NCBI GenBank assembly: GCA_965201075.1
Contig: CBDAVP010000016.1
Coordinates: 248,001-312,000 of the forward strand
Source of the DNA: Isosphaeraceae bacterium
GTDB taxonomy: Bacteria; Planctomycetota; Planctomycetia; Isosphaerales; Isosphaeraceae
Reading direction: 5' to 3'
Length of the DNA stretch: 64,000 bases
Every line of letters starts with the position of its first letter. Positions within the stretch are counted from its first letter, which is position 1. Positions 20,072 through 30,649 of this stretch are shown here, piece after piece. The notes under the pieces are model-generated. The model saw nothing but the letters and a program-made list of their open reading frames with translations. It was not told the origin of the DNA and did not search any database. Position numbers and translations under genes: made by a program.

Positions 20072-20669
20072 CGGGGTTCGGGCCTCCGCAGCCGTGCCGG
20101 GTCAGGGTCGCGACGAGTTCGCGCACCGCCCGGTCGGGGTCGTCGTTGATGATCTGGGTGTCGTACCAGTGGGCGTCGCCGAGTTCTCGGCGGGCCATGA
20201 CCAGGCGATTCTGGATCGAGTCGTCGGACTCGCTGCCCCTTCCCTCGAGTCGCCGTTCCAGGTCGACGAAGAGGGGGGGCTTGAGGAAAATGAAGAAGGC
20301 GCAGGGGATGAGGTCGCGGATTTGCTTGGCGCCGGCGACCTCGATTTCCAGGATCAGGTTCTTGCCCGCGCGGAGGGCTTGCTGGACGGGGGCACGGGGG
20401 GTGCCGTAGTGGTGGCCGTTGTATTCAGCCCATTCCAGGTAGTCGCCGTTGTCAAGGTCACGGTGGAACTGGTCTTCGGAGATGAAGCGGTAGGCGACGC
20501 CGTTGACCTCGCCCTCGCGAGGGGGGCGCGTGGTGGTGGAGATCGACAGTTGCGCATTGGCCGCGGGGTCCTGGACGGCTCGGTGGAGCACCGTGCTTTT
20601 GCCGGCTCCCGAGGGCCCCGAGACGATGAAGAGTTGGCCGGGCAGTTGTCCCGCCCCGTGCATCCACAT
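20061..20669 (-). CDS. gmk: Guanylate kinase
   Basis: [48 protein letters not shown]. Confidence 0.95.
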   Translation of the reverse strand: MWMHGAGQLPGQLFIVSGPSGAGKSTVLHRAVQDPAANAQLSISTTTRPPREGEVNGVAYRFISEDQFHRDLDNGDYLEWAEYNGHHYGTPRAPVQQALRAGKNLILEIEVAGAKQIRDLIPCAFFIFLKPPLFVDLERRLEGRGSESDDSIQNRLVMARRELGDAHWYDTQIINDDPDRAVRELVATLTRHGCGGPNPDAR

Positions 20670-20693
20670 GCCGATGTCTCGCCTTTTGAGGGA

Positions 20694-21572
20694 TTATTCG
20701 ACGTTCTGGATCAGTTCGCGGACTTTTTCGAGAAGACCCTTGATCGCCACGACCTCTCGGCTGATTTCGACGTCATTGGCCTTGGATCCGATGGTGTTGA
20801 CCTCGCGGCCCATTTCCTGGACGACGAACTCGAGCTTGCGGCCGGCGCTTTCGGGTTCGTGAATCACCTCGATGTATTGCGAAAGGTGGGCGCGGAGGCG
20901 GACGATTTCCTCGGCGATGTCGGCCCGCTCGGCCAGGATGGCGACCTCGCGGATCAGGTCCTCGGGCTTGAGGGTGACGCCTCGGTTCTGGACCAACGCC
21001 TGGACTCGATCCTCCAGCCGCCCCTGGTAAAGTTTGACGACTTCCGGAGAGCGGTCGGCGATGCGGGACAGGTGGTCGGCGGCGGCCTTGCCCAGGGAGA
21101 GCAGTTCGGCGGCCATCGCCCGGCCCTCCTCGGCGCGGGCCAGTTGGAGCTTGCCCAGGGCCTCGGCGACCACCGGTGACAACGAGGGCCAGGCGTCGAG
21201 CGGGTCGGCCGCGGCGGGCCGGGCCATCTCCACAACGCCGGGCAGCGACAGCAGGGCGGCGAGGTCTAGCGGTTGGGAAGGGTCGTCCTGGAGACGGCGG
21301 ATTTGGTCTCGATAGCTGGCGAGGGCGACCTCGTTGATCCGGTAGTCGTCGGCGCGGCGGGGCTGGTCGATCCGGAGGGAAAGGTGGATCGTGCCGCGAC
21401 GGATGGTCTCGCGAACGAGGCGTTCGAGTTCGGGTTCCAGGGCGCCGTAGGGGTCGCTGACCTTGGCCGAAAGCTTGAGGTGGCGGTTGTTGACCGAGCG
21501 CACCTCGACACCGACCGACCAGCGATCGTCCTGGAGCCGGGCCTCGCCGAATCCGGTCATGCTCAGGAGCAA
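20694..21572 (-). CDS. yicC: YicC/YloC-family endoribonuclease
   Basis: SMTGFG, RSVNNRHL, DIAEEIVRL, GRKLEF..QEMGREVNTIGSK, EKVRELIQNVE. Confidence 0.93.
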   Translation of the reverse strand: MLLSMTGFGEARLQDDRWSVGVEVRSVNNRHLKLSAKVSDPYGALEPELERLVRETIRRGTIHLSLRIDQPRRADDYRINEVALASYRDQIRRLQDDPSQPLDLAALLSLPGVVEMARPAAADPLDAWPSLSPVVAEALGKLQLARAEEGRAMAAELLSLGKAAADHLSRIADRSPEVVKLYQGRLEDRVQALVQNRGVTLKPEDLIREVAILAERADIAEEIVRLRAHLSQYIEVIHEPESAGRKLEFVVQEMGREVNTIGSKANDVEISREVVAIKGLLEKVRELIQNVE

Positions 21573-21588
21573 GAGGGCCTCGGTCCGG

Positions 21589-22197
21589 TCAGGGGGCCTT
21601 GGGGGTCGTCACCGGGTCGGACAGGGGGTCGGGCAACTCTCCGGCCGGGGGGGCCGGGGTTGGGGCTGCGTCAATCACGGGAGCCGTGGCCGGGTTCGGG
21701 GCCGAGGTTGTCGACGGGGCGGGAGTTGGAGTGGTCGAGGGAATCGCGGACGGGGCTGGGGTGGTCGCGGGATTCGGGGCCGGGGGGATGGCGATTCCGG
21801 AGGGGGGCGGGGTGACACGGACCTCGGGTCGGGGCGCGGGCAAGTCGCTGGTTCCGGGCAGGGTGATGGGGCTGTCGGACTTGGAACCGGGTTCGCCCTT
21901 GGTGGTCGATTTCGACTCGGTTTTGATCCTGGACTCGACGCCGAAGGCGGAGGTTCGGCCCTGGTTCATGCGGTAGACCAGCAACATGCAGACCAGGAAC
22001 CAGGCCAGGGCCGTGTAGATGGTGACGCGGGTGAAGACGTCGCCGGCCTTGGTGCCGAAGGCGCTGGAGCCGCCGACGCCGCCGAAGGCTCCTGCCAGTC
22101 CGCCGCCCTTGCCTCGCTGGATCAGGACCAGCAGGATCATGAAGGACGACAGGATCACCACGAGGGCGTACAGGACGGAGTTAAAAAGCGAAAACAC
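21589..22197 (-). CDS. secG: Preprotein translocase SecG with long Pro/Thr-rich tail
   Basis: LVLIQRGKGGGLAGAFGG..SAFG..FTRVT; two TMs; follows tpiA. Confidence 0.9.
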   Translation of the reverse strand: MFSLFNSVLYALVVILSSFMILLVLIQRGKGGGLAGAFGGVGGSSAFGTKAGDVFTRVTIYTALAWFLVCMLLVYRMNQGRTSAFGVESRIKTESKSTTKGEPGSKSDSPITLPGTSDLPAPRPEVRVTPPPSGIAIPPAPNPATTPAPSAIPSTTPTPAPSTTSAPNPATAPVIDAAPTPAPPAGELPDPLSDPVTTPKAP

Positions 22198-22275
22198 GTT
22201 GGGAAGTCCTTGCGGGCGGTCGGGTTTGGAGCGAGAGCCCTGGGGCGATCGAGGTTGTGTGAGGTCGAATGCGGC

Positions 22276-23058
22276 TCAGGCTTTGCCGGCGTTGGCGACT
22301 TCGCGGGCGGCATGGATGATGCCGAGGAAATCGCCCGCCTTCAGGCTGGCTCCGCCGACGAGGGCTCCGTCGATGTCGGGGGCCGAGAGGAGGAGTTTGG
22401 CGTTGTCGGCCTTGACGCTCCCCCCGTACTGGACGACGACGCGGGCGGCGGTCGCTTCGCCGAACATCTCGGCCAGCCGGCCACGGAGGTACTTGTGGAC
22501 GGCCTGGGCCTGGTCGGGGGTGGCGGTGCGGCCGGTGCCGATGGCCCAGACCGGCTCGTAGGCGATGACGACGCCGCCCATCTGCTCCGGAGACACGCCC
22601 GCCAGGCTGCCGGCGACCTGCTCGGCGATGACGGACTCGGTGCGGTCGGCCTCGCGTTCTTCCAAGGTTTCCCCCAGGCAGACGATGGGGATCAACCCGG
22701 CGGCGAGGGCGGCCTGGAGCTTGGCGTTGACCTGGGCGTCGGTCTCGCCCATGCCGTGACGGCGCTCGCTGTGGCCGAGGATGACGTGGGTGCAGCCGAC
22801 GTCGACCAGCATGGCGGCGGAGGTTTCGCCGGTGTAGGCGCCGTCGGGCTTGGGGCTCATGTTCTGGCCGCCGAGGCCGATGGGGGAGCCTTCCAGGGCC
22901 TTGTCGACGCGGGCCAGGAAGATGGAGGGGGGGCAGACGGCGACGCGGACGGCCGTTTCGGGCCCGACGCCGGTCTTGACTTCCTCGGCCAGCGAGACGG
23001 CGGCGGTCTCGCTGGCGGGGTTCATCTTCCAGTTGCCGGCGATGAAGAGCGTTCGCAT
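22276..23058 (-). CDS. tpiA: Triosephosphate isomerase
   Basis: AGNWKMN, GAYTGE, GHSERR, AYEPVWAIGTG, YGGSV, LVGGASL. Confidence 0.98.
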   Translation of the reverse strand: MRTLFIAGNWKMNPASETAAVSLAEEVKTGVGPETAVRVAVCPPSIFLARVDKALEGSPIGLGGQNMSPKPDGAYTGETSAAMLVDVGCTHVILGHSERRHGMGETDAQVNAKLQAALAAGLIPIVCLGETLEEREADRTESVIAEQVAGSLAGVSPEQMGGVVIAYEPVWAIGTGRTATPDQAQAVHKYLRGRLAEMFGEATAARVVVQYGGSVKADNAKLLLSAPDIDGALVGGASLKAGDFLGIIHAAREVANAGKA

Positions 23059-23118
23059 GACGGTCGGGGTCTCGTTCACGTCTCGGAAGGATACGTCCGG
23101 GATGCGCTTGCGGAGGGA

Positions 23119-24156
23119 TCAGACGGCGACGGGTTCGGGGGTGTCGATCGTCTTGCCGACGACCTCGGCGAGCTGGCGAAGCTGGACCATCAAGGCGGCG
23201 TACTGGCTGGGCAAGAGGGCCTGGGGGCCATCGGAGAGGGCCTTTTCGGGACAGGAGTGGACCTCGATATGCACTCCGTCGGCGCCGGCGGCGACCCCGG
23301 CTCGGGCCATCGCGGGGATCAGGTCGGGTCGGCCGGTCGCGTGGCTGGGGTCGACAATGATCGGCAGGTGCGATTGCAGCTGGGCGTTGGGGACCGCCGA
23401 GAGATCCATCATGTTGCGGGTTGAGTCCTCGAACGAGCGAACGCCGCGCTCGCAGAGGATGACTTCCTTGTTGCCCATCGCCAGGATGTATTCGGCCGAC
23501 ATCAGCAGATCCTTGACCGTGGCGCTCATGCCCCGCTTCAGGAGGACGGGGGTTTTCGTGCGGCCGACCTCCTTGAGCAGGTCGAAGTTCTGCATGTTGC
23601 GGGCGCCGATCTGAAACATGTCGGCGTAGCGCTCGATCAGTTCGACCTGTCGGGGGTCCATGACCTCGGTGACGACCGGCATGCCGAAGCGCTCGCCGGT
23701 GGCCTTGAGGATTTTCAGGCCGTCCTCGCCCATCCCCTGAAAGGCATAAGGGCTGGTTCGGGGCTTGAAGGCGCCGCCGCGGAGGATGTTGGCGCCGGCG
23801 TCCTTGACCCGGGAGGCGATCTCGACCAGGACGTCCTCGCCCTCGATGGCGCAGGGGCCGGCGATCATCGCGAGGTGGCCGCCGCCGATGCGGACCCCTT
23901 TGATGTCGAAGACCGAGTCGTCGGCGTGAAACTCGCGGCTGCCGAGCTTGAACGGCTTGAGGATCGGGACAACGCTTTCCACGCCGTCGATGGCCTGGAG
24001 GGGCTGAACCTGGAGCTTGGCCTCGTCGCCAATGACGCCGATGATCGTTCGCGAGACCCCCTGACTGAGGTGGGGGGTGAAGCCCAGTTCCTCGATCCGG
24101 TCCAGGACGTGCTGGACCTGGGACGGAGTGGTGTTGGGCTTGAGGACGATAATCAT
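23119..24156 (-). CDS. aroF: DAHP synthase, class I-beta with N-terminal regulatory domain
   Basis: [58 protein letters not shown]. Confidence 0.95.
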   Translation of the reverse strand: MIIVLKPNTTPSQVQHVLDRIEELGFTPHLSQGVSRTIIGVIGDEAKLQVQPLQAIDGVESVVPILKPFKLGSREFHADDSVFDIKGVRIGGGHLAMIAGPCAIEGEDVLVEIASRVKDAGANILRGGAFKPRTSPYAFQGMGEDGLKILKATGERFGMPVVTEVMDPRQVELIERYADMFQIGARNMQNFDLLKEVGRTKTPVLLKRGMSATVKDLLMSAEYILAMGNKEVILCERGVRSFEDSTRNMMDLSAVPNAQLQSHLPIIVDPSHATGRPDLIPAMARAGVAAGADGVHIEVHSCPEKALSDGPQALLPSQYAALMVQLRQLAEVVGKTIDTPEPVAV

Positions 24157-24418
24157 CGGGGCAACCTCGAAGCGATCACGGCGCGGAACGGTCGGGTCCG
24201 TTGGGAGGATCGACGATTGTAGCGACCTGCGGGGCGGTTTGGGAAGGGTGTGGCGAGTGTTGAGGCGACGCTTCCAAGCCCAAGCCTGGCGAATCCGGTT
24301 GGCGCGTCGTCGGCTGTTCGCGGGTCGATCGGTCGGGGCATGGGGGGGCCGGGGCGGGGCGAGGTCGTCCGCTGGGTGACGTGCCGAATTGTCAAAGAGC
24401 GAGTCGAGACGCGGGGAG

Positions 24419-25408
24419 TCAGGCGCGTCGGCGTTTCGGGGGGTTGTCTGGCGGGTCGTGCGGGTCGGGCGTCGGGATGGGATCGTGCGCCAACGGCGAG
24501 GGACGGGGCGTGGACCATGAGGCCGTGGCGGCGGCGCTCGGGGTGGGGCGGATGGGCGGCGGGGCGGTGCCCGGCGGCCGGTTGACGAGACGCGAGGGGC
24601 TGGTGGTGTTGTCGTACTCGCCGGGGATGTAGGCCGGCAGGTCGCCGCGGTCGATGGGCCGGGGATCGGGGCGGGACGTCTTGAACTGGGAGCGGGTCCA
24701 GGCGAGGCGACGCTCGGCCTGGCGTTGGACCTTGCGGATGGCGGCGACCTCGGGAGGTTCGGGACCAAGGCCCAGGGATTGCGCGTGACGCATCCGTTCG
24801 TCGAGCGGTTGCAGAAGGGCGGCGAGTTCGTTGTGGCGCTGAAGCTCGGTTTCGGCCAACCTTTGGAGGTGGTCCCGGAGGGTTTCGGGGTCATCATCGG
24901 GCGGATCGAGGGGCGTTACGCCGTCTTGGAGGTCAGGCGGAACGTTCAGGAGGTTCATGGCCTGGAGGCGTTGGGACTCGGTCCAGCTTCCGCGCTTATT
25001 GAGGGTTGCCAGGAGCATTTCCCAGCGGCGGGCGATGACCAGGCAACCCTGGGCGAATTTCCGGAGGGAAGCGAGGGCGCGGGCGGGGTGTCGTGAGAGG
25101 CTGGAGGCGAGGAGTTCGGCGTGGTCTCGCTGTTGTTGCTCGAAGACAATGGCGATTCGCTGGGCGTGGTCGTGACGGAGGACGATCTGAGTTTGGTGAA
25201 GGCGCTCGAGTTCGAGGGTGTTGCGCGCGACTTCGTGGACGAGCCAGGTTTCGTAGATGTCGAACGGTTTGAGGGAGGAGGTCCAGAAGTCGATTCGGTC
25301 GTTGAGGGCGTCGGCCTCGTTCTCGGGCGTGATGATGGTCAGGCCGTGGAGGAGCGGGCGGGGGGTGGTGTGAATTTCGGACTGGGGGTCGATTTGGTGT
25401 TGCGACAT
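24419..25408 (-). CDS. Hypothetical helical protein with Pro-rich tail
   Basis: About 330-aa ORF with coding-like bias; HGLT..P.D..E.WLV pattern resembles a family expanded in Isosphaeraceae (from memory). Confidence 0.65.
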   Translation of the reverse strand: MSQHQIDPQSEIHTTPRPLLHGLTIITPENEADALNDRIDFWTSSLKPFDIYETWLVHEVARNTLELERLHQTQIVLRHDHAQRIAIVFEQQQRDHAELLASSLSRHPARALASLRKFAQGCLVIARRWEMLLATLNKRGSWTESQRLQAMNLLNVPPDLQDGVTPLDPPDDDPETLRDHLQRLAETELQRHNELAALLQPLDERMRHAQSLGLGPEPPEVAAIRKVQRQAERRLAWTRSQFKTSRPDPRPIDRGDLPAYIPGEYDNTTSPSRLVNRPPGTAPPPIRPTPSAAATASWSTPRPSPLAHDPIPTPDPHDPPDNPPKRRRA

Positions 25409-26069
25409 GGGTGTTGGCTCGTTTTTGGGTGCGGGGGCCAAGTTCGTTGGGGATGAGGGTCTCCCCCGTGATTCACTATCGTGACCGCGGGCGGGAATGG
25501 TGACGTCAATTTTGAAAAAATTTCAGGATGGGGTTGTGAGCCACCTGAGAAACCCAGGCCGGGCCGCCCTGGGGGAGCCATTCCTCCATGGGAGCCTGCC
25601 TTGTTGCCGTCGAACCTCGGGCCTCGACGCGTTCGACCTGCTTGGTTCCCGTCCCTTGTTGGGTCGCCGTTGGGCGAAGTCTTCGGGGAGTTCCCACGGT
25701 GAACGGCGAGGAGCCGATTGGAGCGAACGCGTCATGGGTTGTTGGCGTGGTGCCGGTTGGACACGCGCCTGGCGATCGGGGGTCAACATCGCAAGCCGCG
25801 TCAGAAGCCGCGGGGACACACCGGAGACTTCGGGATTCTCGGCAACTCGGCCGGCCTGAACGATGTCCAGGTTCGGGCTCGTCAGATCTGGCGTCGTTGG
25901 CCGTCGCGAGGACGTCGAGGCGGTCGGCTGTCCTGGGCGGCGTTTGTTCGCCTGGAGAGTCGCTACCGATTACCGCCAGCCCGAGTGGTCCACGGTCTGG
26001 CCAGTCGCGGAGCGAGTTCCTGAGGTGACGAGCCGGATGCGGGGAGTTCGCACGTTTGGGTCCGTGGTG

Positions 26070-26092
26070 GCCCGGAGGGCAAACCTCCGGGC
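26070..26092. repeat. Perfect 9-bp hairpin GCCCGGAGG-gcaaa-CCTCCGGGC
   Basis: Read directly; lies in a non-coding stretch. Confidence 0.6.
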
Positions 26093-26281
26093 GTCCCGGC
26101 CCAATTCCCCTTCCGATCCCTCTCCGCGATGACCCCACGGATGGACGTGAAAAATCATCACAAACGTTTTTCCAAATTTTTAATTGATGCGTAGTGAGTG
26201 TCACGGATAAGGTCTCCAATCGCGCGATCGGAAGAAATGGCAGTCATTCCCCCCACAAGTTGACATTCGAGGCATTGGATC

Positions 26282-26586
26282 ATGAGACTGAGTTTCGCCA
26301 CGGCAGTGTATGTGGGCCTGGCCTGCGTTGGGACTTGCTCGACGTCCCGGGCCGCCATTCTGAACTCCCCGCCGCTCGTCGACATCGAGGGGTACGGGAA
26401 CGTCTTCCAGGCGTCCGTCGTGACGGACGCGGTGAACAACTCTCCCACCGCAACCCCGACGAACACGTTCACCTTGTCGACCTCTTCGGCCTTCGTTCCG
26501 AGCGTCGGATGGGCTGTGCGGGCGTGGCCGCGGTGGCTTCTCGGAGGTCGTTGTGGCTGGGAAGAGTTAAGGACGAACTGGCGTGA
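26282..26586 (+). pseudogene. Probable decayed PEP-CTERM protein gene
   Basis: Signal peptide (..STSRA/AI), Ser/Thr-rich body, then VP + frameshift into MGCAGVAAVASRR (hydrophobic plus basic tail). Confidence 0.4.
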
Positions 26587-26658
26587 ATTCCGGATTCGTT
26601 GGCGTTGGTCCTACCCGTTCGGCTCGGAATCTGAACCGACATCCAAATTCACACCCGT

Positions 26659-27216
26659 TCAGATGCTGCCGATGGCGTGAATTGGGTGGCGATCTTCAAC
26701 GTGGGGGGCGATCGATTTCACGAAATTGAACGTCCCATTTTCACCGACTTGAAATTGCTCGTAATAGTCATGGGGACTTAGAATCGTGTTAGACCCGTAA
26801 GATTCTGTGAGGACGTATGGCATGATCTTGAGCGTTACCAGGTACCCGTCCGCGGTTTGCTCAACTTTCCTGATTGACGCGCCCCACCCGGTAATCTTCG
26901 AGGCGGGTGGGACATTGACTTCGGCGAAGAAGGCGGCCCGTTCGGCTGGGAGGTCGGCGAACTTGGACAAGATTGTGGCCAATCTCTTCTGAAGTTCTTC
27001 GTCCTTGACGGTCAGTTTTCTTCCGGGGAACAGTTGCACCCGTAAGAATGCGTTGTCTGCCTGTTCTTGGAGGTTGACTGCTGTTTTTGGAGCGAGGTCC
27101 GCTTTGCTCTCGACTCTCGGGGGTCGATTCTCGATTGGTACCGCAACAGCCATCGAGAACGACCAGATAACACCCATCGTTCCCAAGATGCCGAATAAAA
27201 GTCCAGAGAAACGCAT
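26659..27216 (-). CDS. Hypothetical secreted protein, lower GC
   Basis: 185 aa, N-terminal signal peptide (AVA), GGGAG RBS. Confidence 0.7.
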   Translation of the reverse strand: MRFSGLLFGILGTMGVIWSFSMAVAVPIENRPPRVESKADLAPKTAVNLQEQADNAFLRVQLFPGRKLTVKDEELQKRLATILSKFADLPAERAAFFAEVNVPPASKITGWGASIRKVEQTADGYLVTLKIMPYVLTESYGSNTILSPHDYYEQFQVGENGTFNFVKSIAPHVEDRHPIHAIGSI

Positions 27217-27397
27217 GAGGAATCTCCCGTTTGATTGATCCGGTGAAGAACACATATCGCCGGGTCAGTGGCCTGTCGGGTCATTGTGGAGAGTGGTCGG
27301 AACGTTCAGAGGGATGCGGTGTGGGTGGATCAGTGCCCATTTCGGTTTCGCTGCCGTCCGTCCTGCCGATTTGGCATGAAATCTGAGATGACATCAA

Positions 27398-27421
27398 TCC
27401 TCCCCCGGTTTCTGGGGAGGA
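27398..27421 (-). terminator. Hairpin downstream of the mla operon
   Basis: TCCTCCCC-N8-GGGGAGGA about 65 bp past the mlaD stop; weak U-tract. Confidence 0.4.
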
Positions 27422-27487
27422 ATTCCGTCCTGGAAATCCCGGGTCAGTTCGGTGTTGTCGCTTGACCGCCTGCAGCCCCTACTGGCG

Positions 27488-28561
27488 TTAGGGGCGGAGG
27501 GCGCCTCGGGTGAGTTCGGAGGGGTTTCGGGCGATTCGTTCGGCGAAGGCGCTGAAGTTCTTCATGACTGTCTTGGCCTCGGCGAAGACGGTGCGGGCGG
27601 CGATGGCGGCTCCTCGGATGTCGTCGTGCAGGGAGGAGTCGAGGAAGAGTTTCTGGATCGTGCCCTGTTCGTTGAGGCCGCCGTGGCCGTCTTCCATGCG
27701 GGTGGTCAGGAGGCTGAGGTCGTAGGCGACCCGGTTGAGGTGCTGGATCATCATGCCGGCCTTGGTGGTGGGTAGGGCTCGGGAGTCGGCGCCGAGGTCC
27801 TTGGCCAGGGGGCGGAAGTCGGCGAGGATTCCGTCGAGTTTGGCCGAGAGGGCGGCGAAGCGTTCGATGCCGGTTTTGAGGTTGTCCTGGGCCTGGGGGT
27901 CGAGGGTTTTGTCGATCTTCTCGGCCACCTGGCGGATGCTCGCCAGGGCTGGGCGGGCGTCGTCGACGATGGTGTTGACCTTGGCTCCGACGCCGCTCCA
28001 GTTGGACAGGAAGGCGTCGACGCCCTCGGCTCGCTTGGCGACGCGGGCGATTCCCTTGGCGGCTCCGTCGATCGATTCGAGGGTTCCCTTGACGTTCTGG
28101 AAGGCCGAGGTGGCGGCTTCAAGGGCCTGGCTGGGGTCGGGGGCGACGTCGCCTTCGATGATCGGGGCGTGCTCGGGGTCGGCCGCCATCGTCATGGGCG
28201 TGGTTTTGGGGCTGGGGAGCAGGTCGATGGAGACGTCGCCGATCAGGGCTCGGGCGATGCGGGGGACCGAGCCCTCGCGGATCTTGTACTTGCGCTCCAT
28301 CGCCAGGGTGACGAGGACTCCGTCGCCGTGGTCGGGGCGGTCGTCGAAGCGGATCGAGGCGACCTCACCGACGCGGATGCCACTTTTGCGGACGGGGATT
28401 CCCTCGGAGACTCCGGGGGCCTCGGGGTAGTGGACCGTGACGTAGGCCCGGTCTCGGAAGAGAGAGGGGGACTCGCCGAACCAGACGATCATCATCGTCA
28501 GGACCAGGCCGGCGACAATCACGAACATGCCGATCCGGAATTGCATGACACGTTCGTTCAT
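27488..28561 (-). CDS. mlaD: MlaD/MCE-family lipid transport protein
   Basis: FRIGMFV TM, APGVSEGIPVRKSGIRVGEV, LIGDVSIDL, long helical C-terminus. Confidence 0.9.
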   Translation of the reverse strand: MNERVMQFRIGMFVIVAGLVLTMMIVWFGESPSLFRDRAYVTVHYPEAPGVSEGIPVRKSGIRVGEVASIRFDDRPDHGDGVLVTLAMERKYKIREGSVPRIARALIGDVSIDLLPSPKTTPMTMAADPEHAPIIEGDVAPDPSQALEAATSAFQNVKGTLESIDGAAKGIARVAKRAEGVDAFLSNWSGVGAKVNTIVDDARPALASIRQVAEKIDKTLDPQAQDNLKTGIERFAALSAKLDGILADFRPLAKDLGADSRALPTTKAGMMIQHLNRVAYDLSLLTTRMEDGHGGLNEQGTIQKLFLDSSLHDDIRGAAIAARTVFAEAKTVMKNFSAFAERIARNPSELTRGALRP

Positions 28562-28604
28562 CGCCGACCTCTCTCGGGACGTGGGCGTGGGCTTAGGCGG
28601 TCCG

Positions 28605-29447
28605 TCAGGACGTACCGGGGATGGGTTCGCGCTGCTGGGCGAGTTCCTGGAGACGCTCGCCGGCCTCGCCGCGGACGAACTGGCGGACGCGGGGGTCGGG
28701 GTGGTCTTCCAGGAGTTGGGGCGGTCCGTCGAAGAGGACCTGGGCTTCGTCGGGTCGCAGGCGGGCCAGTGGGTAGAGCATGACCACGCGGTCGGCGACC
28801 TTGAGGACGGTTTTCATGTCGTGAGTGACGACGACGCCGGTGGCCTTCTTGCGGGTCTTGGTCTGGAGGATCAGCTCGTTGATGACGTCGCTCATGATCG
28901 GGTCGAGGCCGGTGGTGGGCTCGTCGTAGAGCATGACTTCGGGGTCGAGCGCGAGAGCGCGGGCCAATCCCACTCGCTTGCGCTGGCCTCCGGAGAGTTC
29001 GGCGGGTTTTTTCAGCTCGAGCCCGTGGGGGAGTCCGACTTCCTGGAGGCGCTCGGCGACGATGTGGGCGAGGGTTTCGGGGTCGTGGAGGTTGTGCTCT
29101 CGGGGTCCGAAGGCGACGTTGTCGTAGATGGTGAGGCTGTCGAAGAGGGCCGCTCCCTGGAAGAGGAAGCCGAAGCGGAGGCGGAGCTTGTTCAGTTCGT
29201 TGCCGTTGAGGCTGGCGAGGTCCCGGCCGTCGAACTGGACGGTGCCGATGGTGGGTTTCAGGAGGCCAATCATCAGTTTCAGGAGGACGGTTTTGCCGCA
29301 GCCGCTTTCGCCGATGATGCAGAGGGTCTGGCCTCGGGGGATACGCAGAGTCAGTTCGCGCAGGACCGTTTGCTGGCGGAACCTCATGGTGATGCCAGTT
29401 AATTCGATGATGGGGTTCCCCAGGCCGGGGCCGCCGGGGGCCGTCAT
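28605..29447 (-). CDS. mlaF: ABC ATPase, MlaF-like
   Basis: [47 protein letters not shown]. Confidence 0.93.
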   Translation of the reverse strand: MTAPGGPGLGNPIIELTGITMRFRQQTVLRELTLRIPRGQTLCIIGESGCGKTVLLKLMIGLLKPTIGTVQFDGRDLASLNGNELNKLRLRFGFLFQGAALFDSLTIYDNVAFGPREHNLHDPETLAHIVAERLQEVGLPHGLELKKPAELSGGQRKRVGLARALALDPEVMLYDEPTTGLDPIMSDVINELILQTKTRKKATGVVVTHDMKTVLKVADRVVMLYPLARLRPDEAQVLFDGPPQLLEDHPDPRVRQFVRGEAGERLQELAQQREPIPGTS

Positions 29448-30298
29448 ATCAGGTTCGCCGAGTCGGGCCAGATGAGGTTGTAGGTCGTGTTCCAGCCGAT
29501 GCCGATGCAGAAGTCGAGGAACAGGATGGCGATGAAGGAGAGGACGAACGCCTCGGTGGCGGCGCGGCCGACCCCTTCGGCCCCGGCCTTGCAGTGGAAG
29601 CCTCGGTGGCAGGAGATCAAAGCGATGGCGGCGCCGAAGAAGTAGCTTTTGAAGACGCCGGCCATCAGGTCGAGGCCGCCGACGTACTTGCGCGAGTAGG
29701 CCCAGTAGTGGAAGGTGTCGACGCCGAGGATCTGGGTACTGACGGCCGCTCCGCCGATGACGCCCATGAAGTCGCCCATCAGTGTGAGCAGGGGGATCAG
29801 CAGGACGCAGGCGAGGAAGCGGGGGACCGAGAGGTAGTGGATGGGGTTGGTGCCCAGGGCCGAGAGGGCGTCGATCTGCTCGGTGACACGCATGGTGCCG
29901 AGTTCGGCGGCCATTGAGGAACCGACCCGGCCGGCGAGCATGGTGGCGGCCAGGACCGGGCCGAGTTCCTTGACCAGCGAGATGTTGATGATCGAGCCGA
30001 GACGGGATTCCATGCCGATGGCCTTGAACTGGCTGTGGGCCTGGACGGCCAGGACCATGCCGATGAACAGGCCGGTGATCGCCACGACCGGGACGCTGGA
30101 GACGCCGATCGAGTAGAGGTTGGGCAGCAGGACCGACCAGCGGGATCGTCGCTTGAACAGCCACAGGACGGTGGAGCCGGAGAAGCGGGCGACGTCGCCG
30201 ATGTCGGCCACGCCCTCGAAGATATGTTCGCCCAGTTTCTGGACCGGCGAAGCCCCGTGGGGGTGGCCGTGGCCGTGGGCCAGGTGCGCGGTCGCCAT
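29444..30298 (-). CDS. mlaE: ABC permease, MlaE-like
   Basis: [41 protein letters not shown]. Confidence 0.94.
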   Translation of the reverse strand: MATAHLAHGHGHPHGASPVQKLGEHIFEGVADIGDVARFSGSTVLWLFKRRSRWSVLLPNLYSIGVSSVPVVAITGLFIGMVLAVQAHSQFKAIGMESRLGSIINISLVKELGPVLAATMLAGRVGSSMAAELGTMRVTEQIDALSALGTNPIHYLSVPRFLACVLLIPLLTLMGDFMGVIGGAAVSTQILGVDTFHYWAYSRKYVGGLDLMAGVFKSYFFGAAIALISCHRGFHCKAGAEGVGRAATEAFVLSFIAILFLDFCIGIGWNTTYNLIWPDSANLI

Positions 30299-30649
30299 TC
30301 GGGGTGGGAACTCCTTGGCTCTCGGACCCGGACGGCCGCCTGGGCGGGCGGGGAAGGCGGACGTCTCGACAGGTCGAAGCCCCCCTTCCCTGGGTGGAGG
30401 GCTTCATTCTGCGTCGGATTTGAAAAAAAGACAAGCCCGGTCGCTGGGGGCGTCCAGGGCCATTTCATTCTCACTATGGGTGGACCAAAGGGCCTCTTTC
30501 GCTGACTGATGTCCCTCCCACGCCGCCCACCGGGCCCCGGAATGGGGGACAGGCACCGGCGGAGTACCGACGGAGCCAGTCCCCGATTGCAAGGCCAATG
30601 GAGAAATCAACGGTCCTGCTGGGCGTCCCGCTGGCGGCCGGGGAAGCGA

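Noticed and set aside
21589..21950. Pro/Thr/Ala low-complexity tail on SecG as a novel domain
   Set aside because: Disordered tail; long SecG tails are, to my recollection, common in planctomycetes
24157..24897. Long N-terminal extensions of the aroF, mlaF (to 30434) and DUF1559 (to 36142) ORFs suggesting fusions
   Set aside because: Extensions are Pro/Arg-rich off-frame readings of upstream genes; recognisable N-termini start at 24156, 29447 and 35557
25718..26023. Possible WD40 remnant (RLAIGG..RGHTGD)
   Set aside because: Too short and without repeat periodicity to support
26070..26130. c-di-GMP-I riboswitch suggested by GGCAAACC
   Set aside because: The motif is the loop of a simple hairpin; the GNRA-capped P2 and the following GCAAAG/P3 elements are missing
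27364..27390. TGCCGATTTGGCA palindrome / TGGCAT sigma-54-like site
   Set aside because: Single copy, the -12 GC is absent and no suitably oriented gene follows
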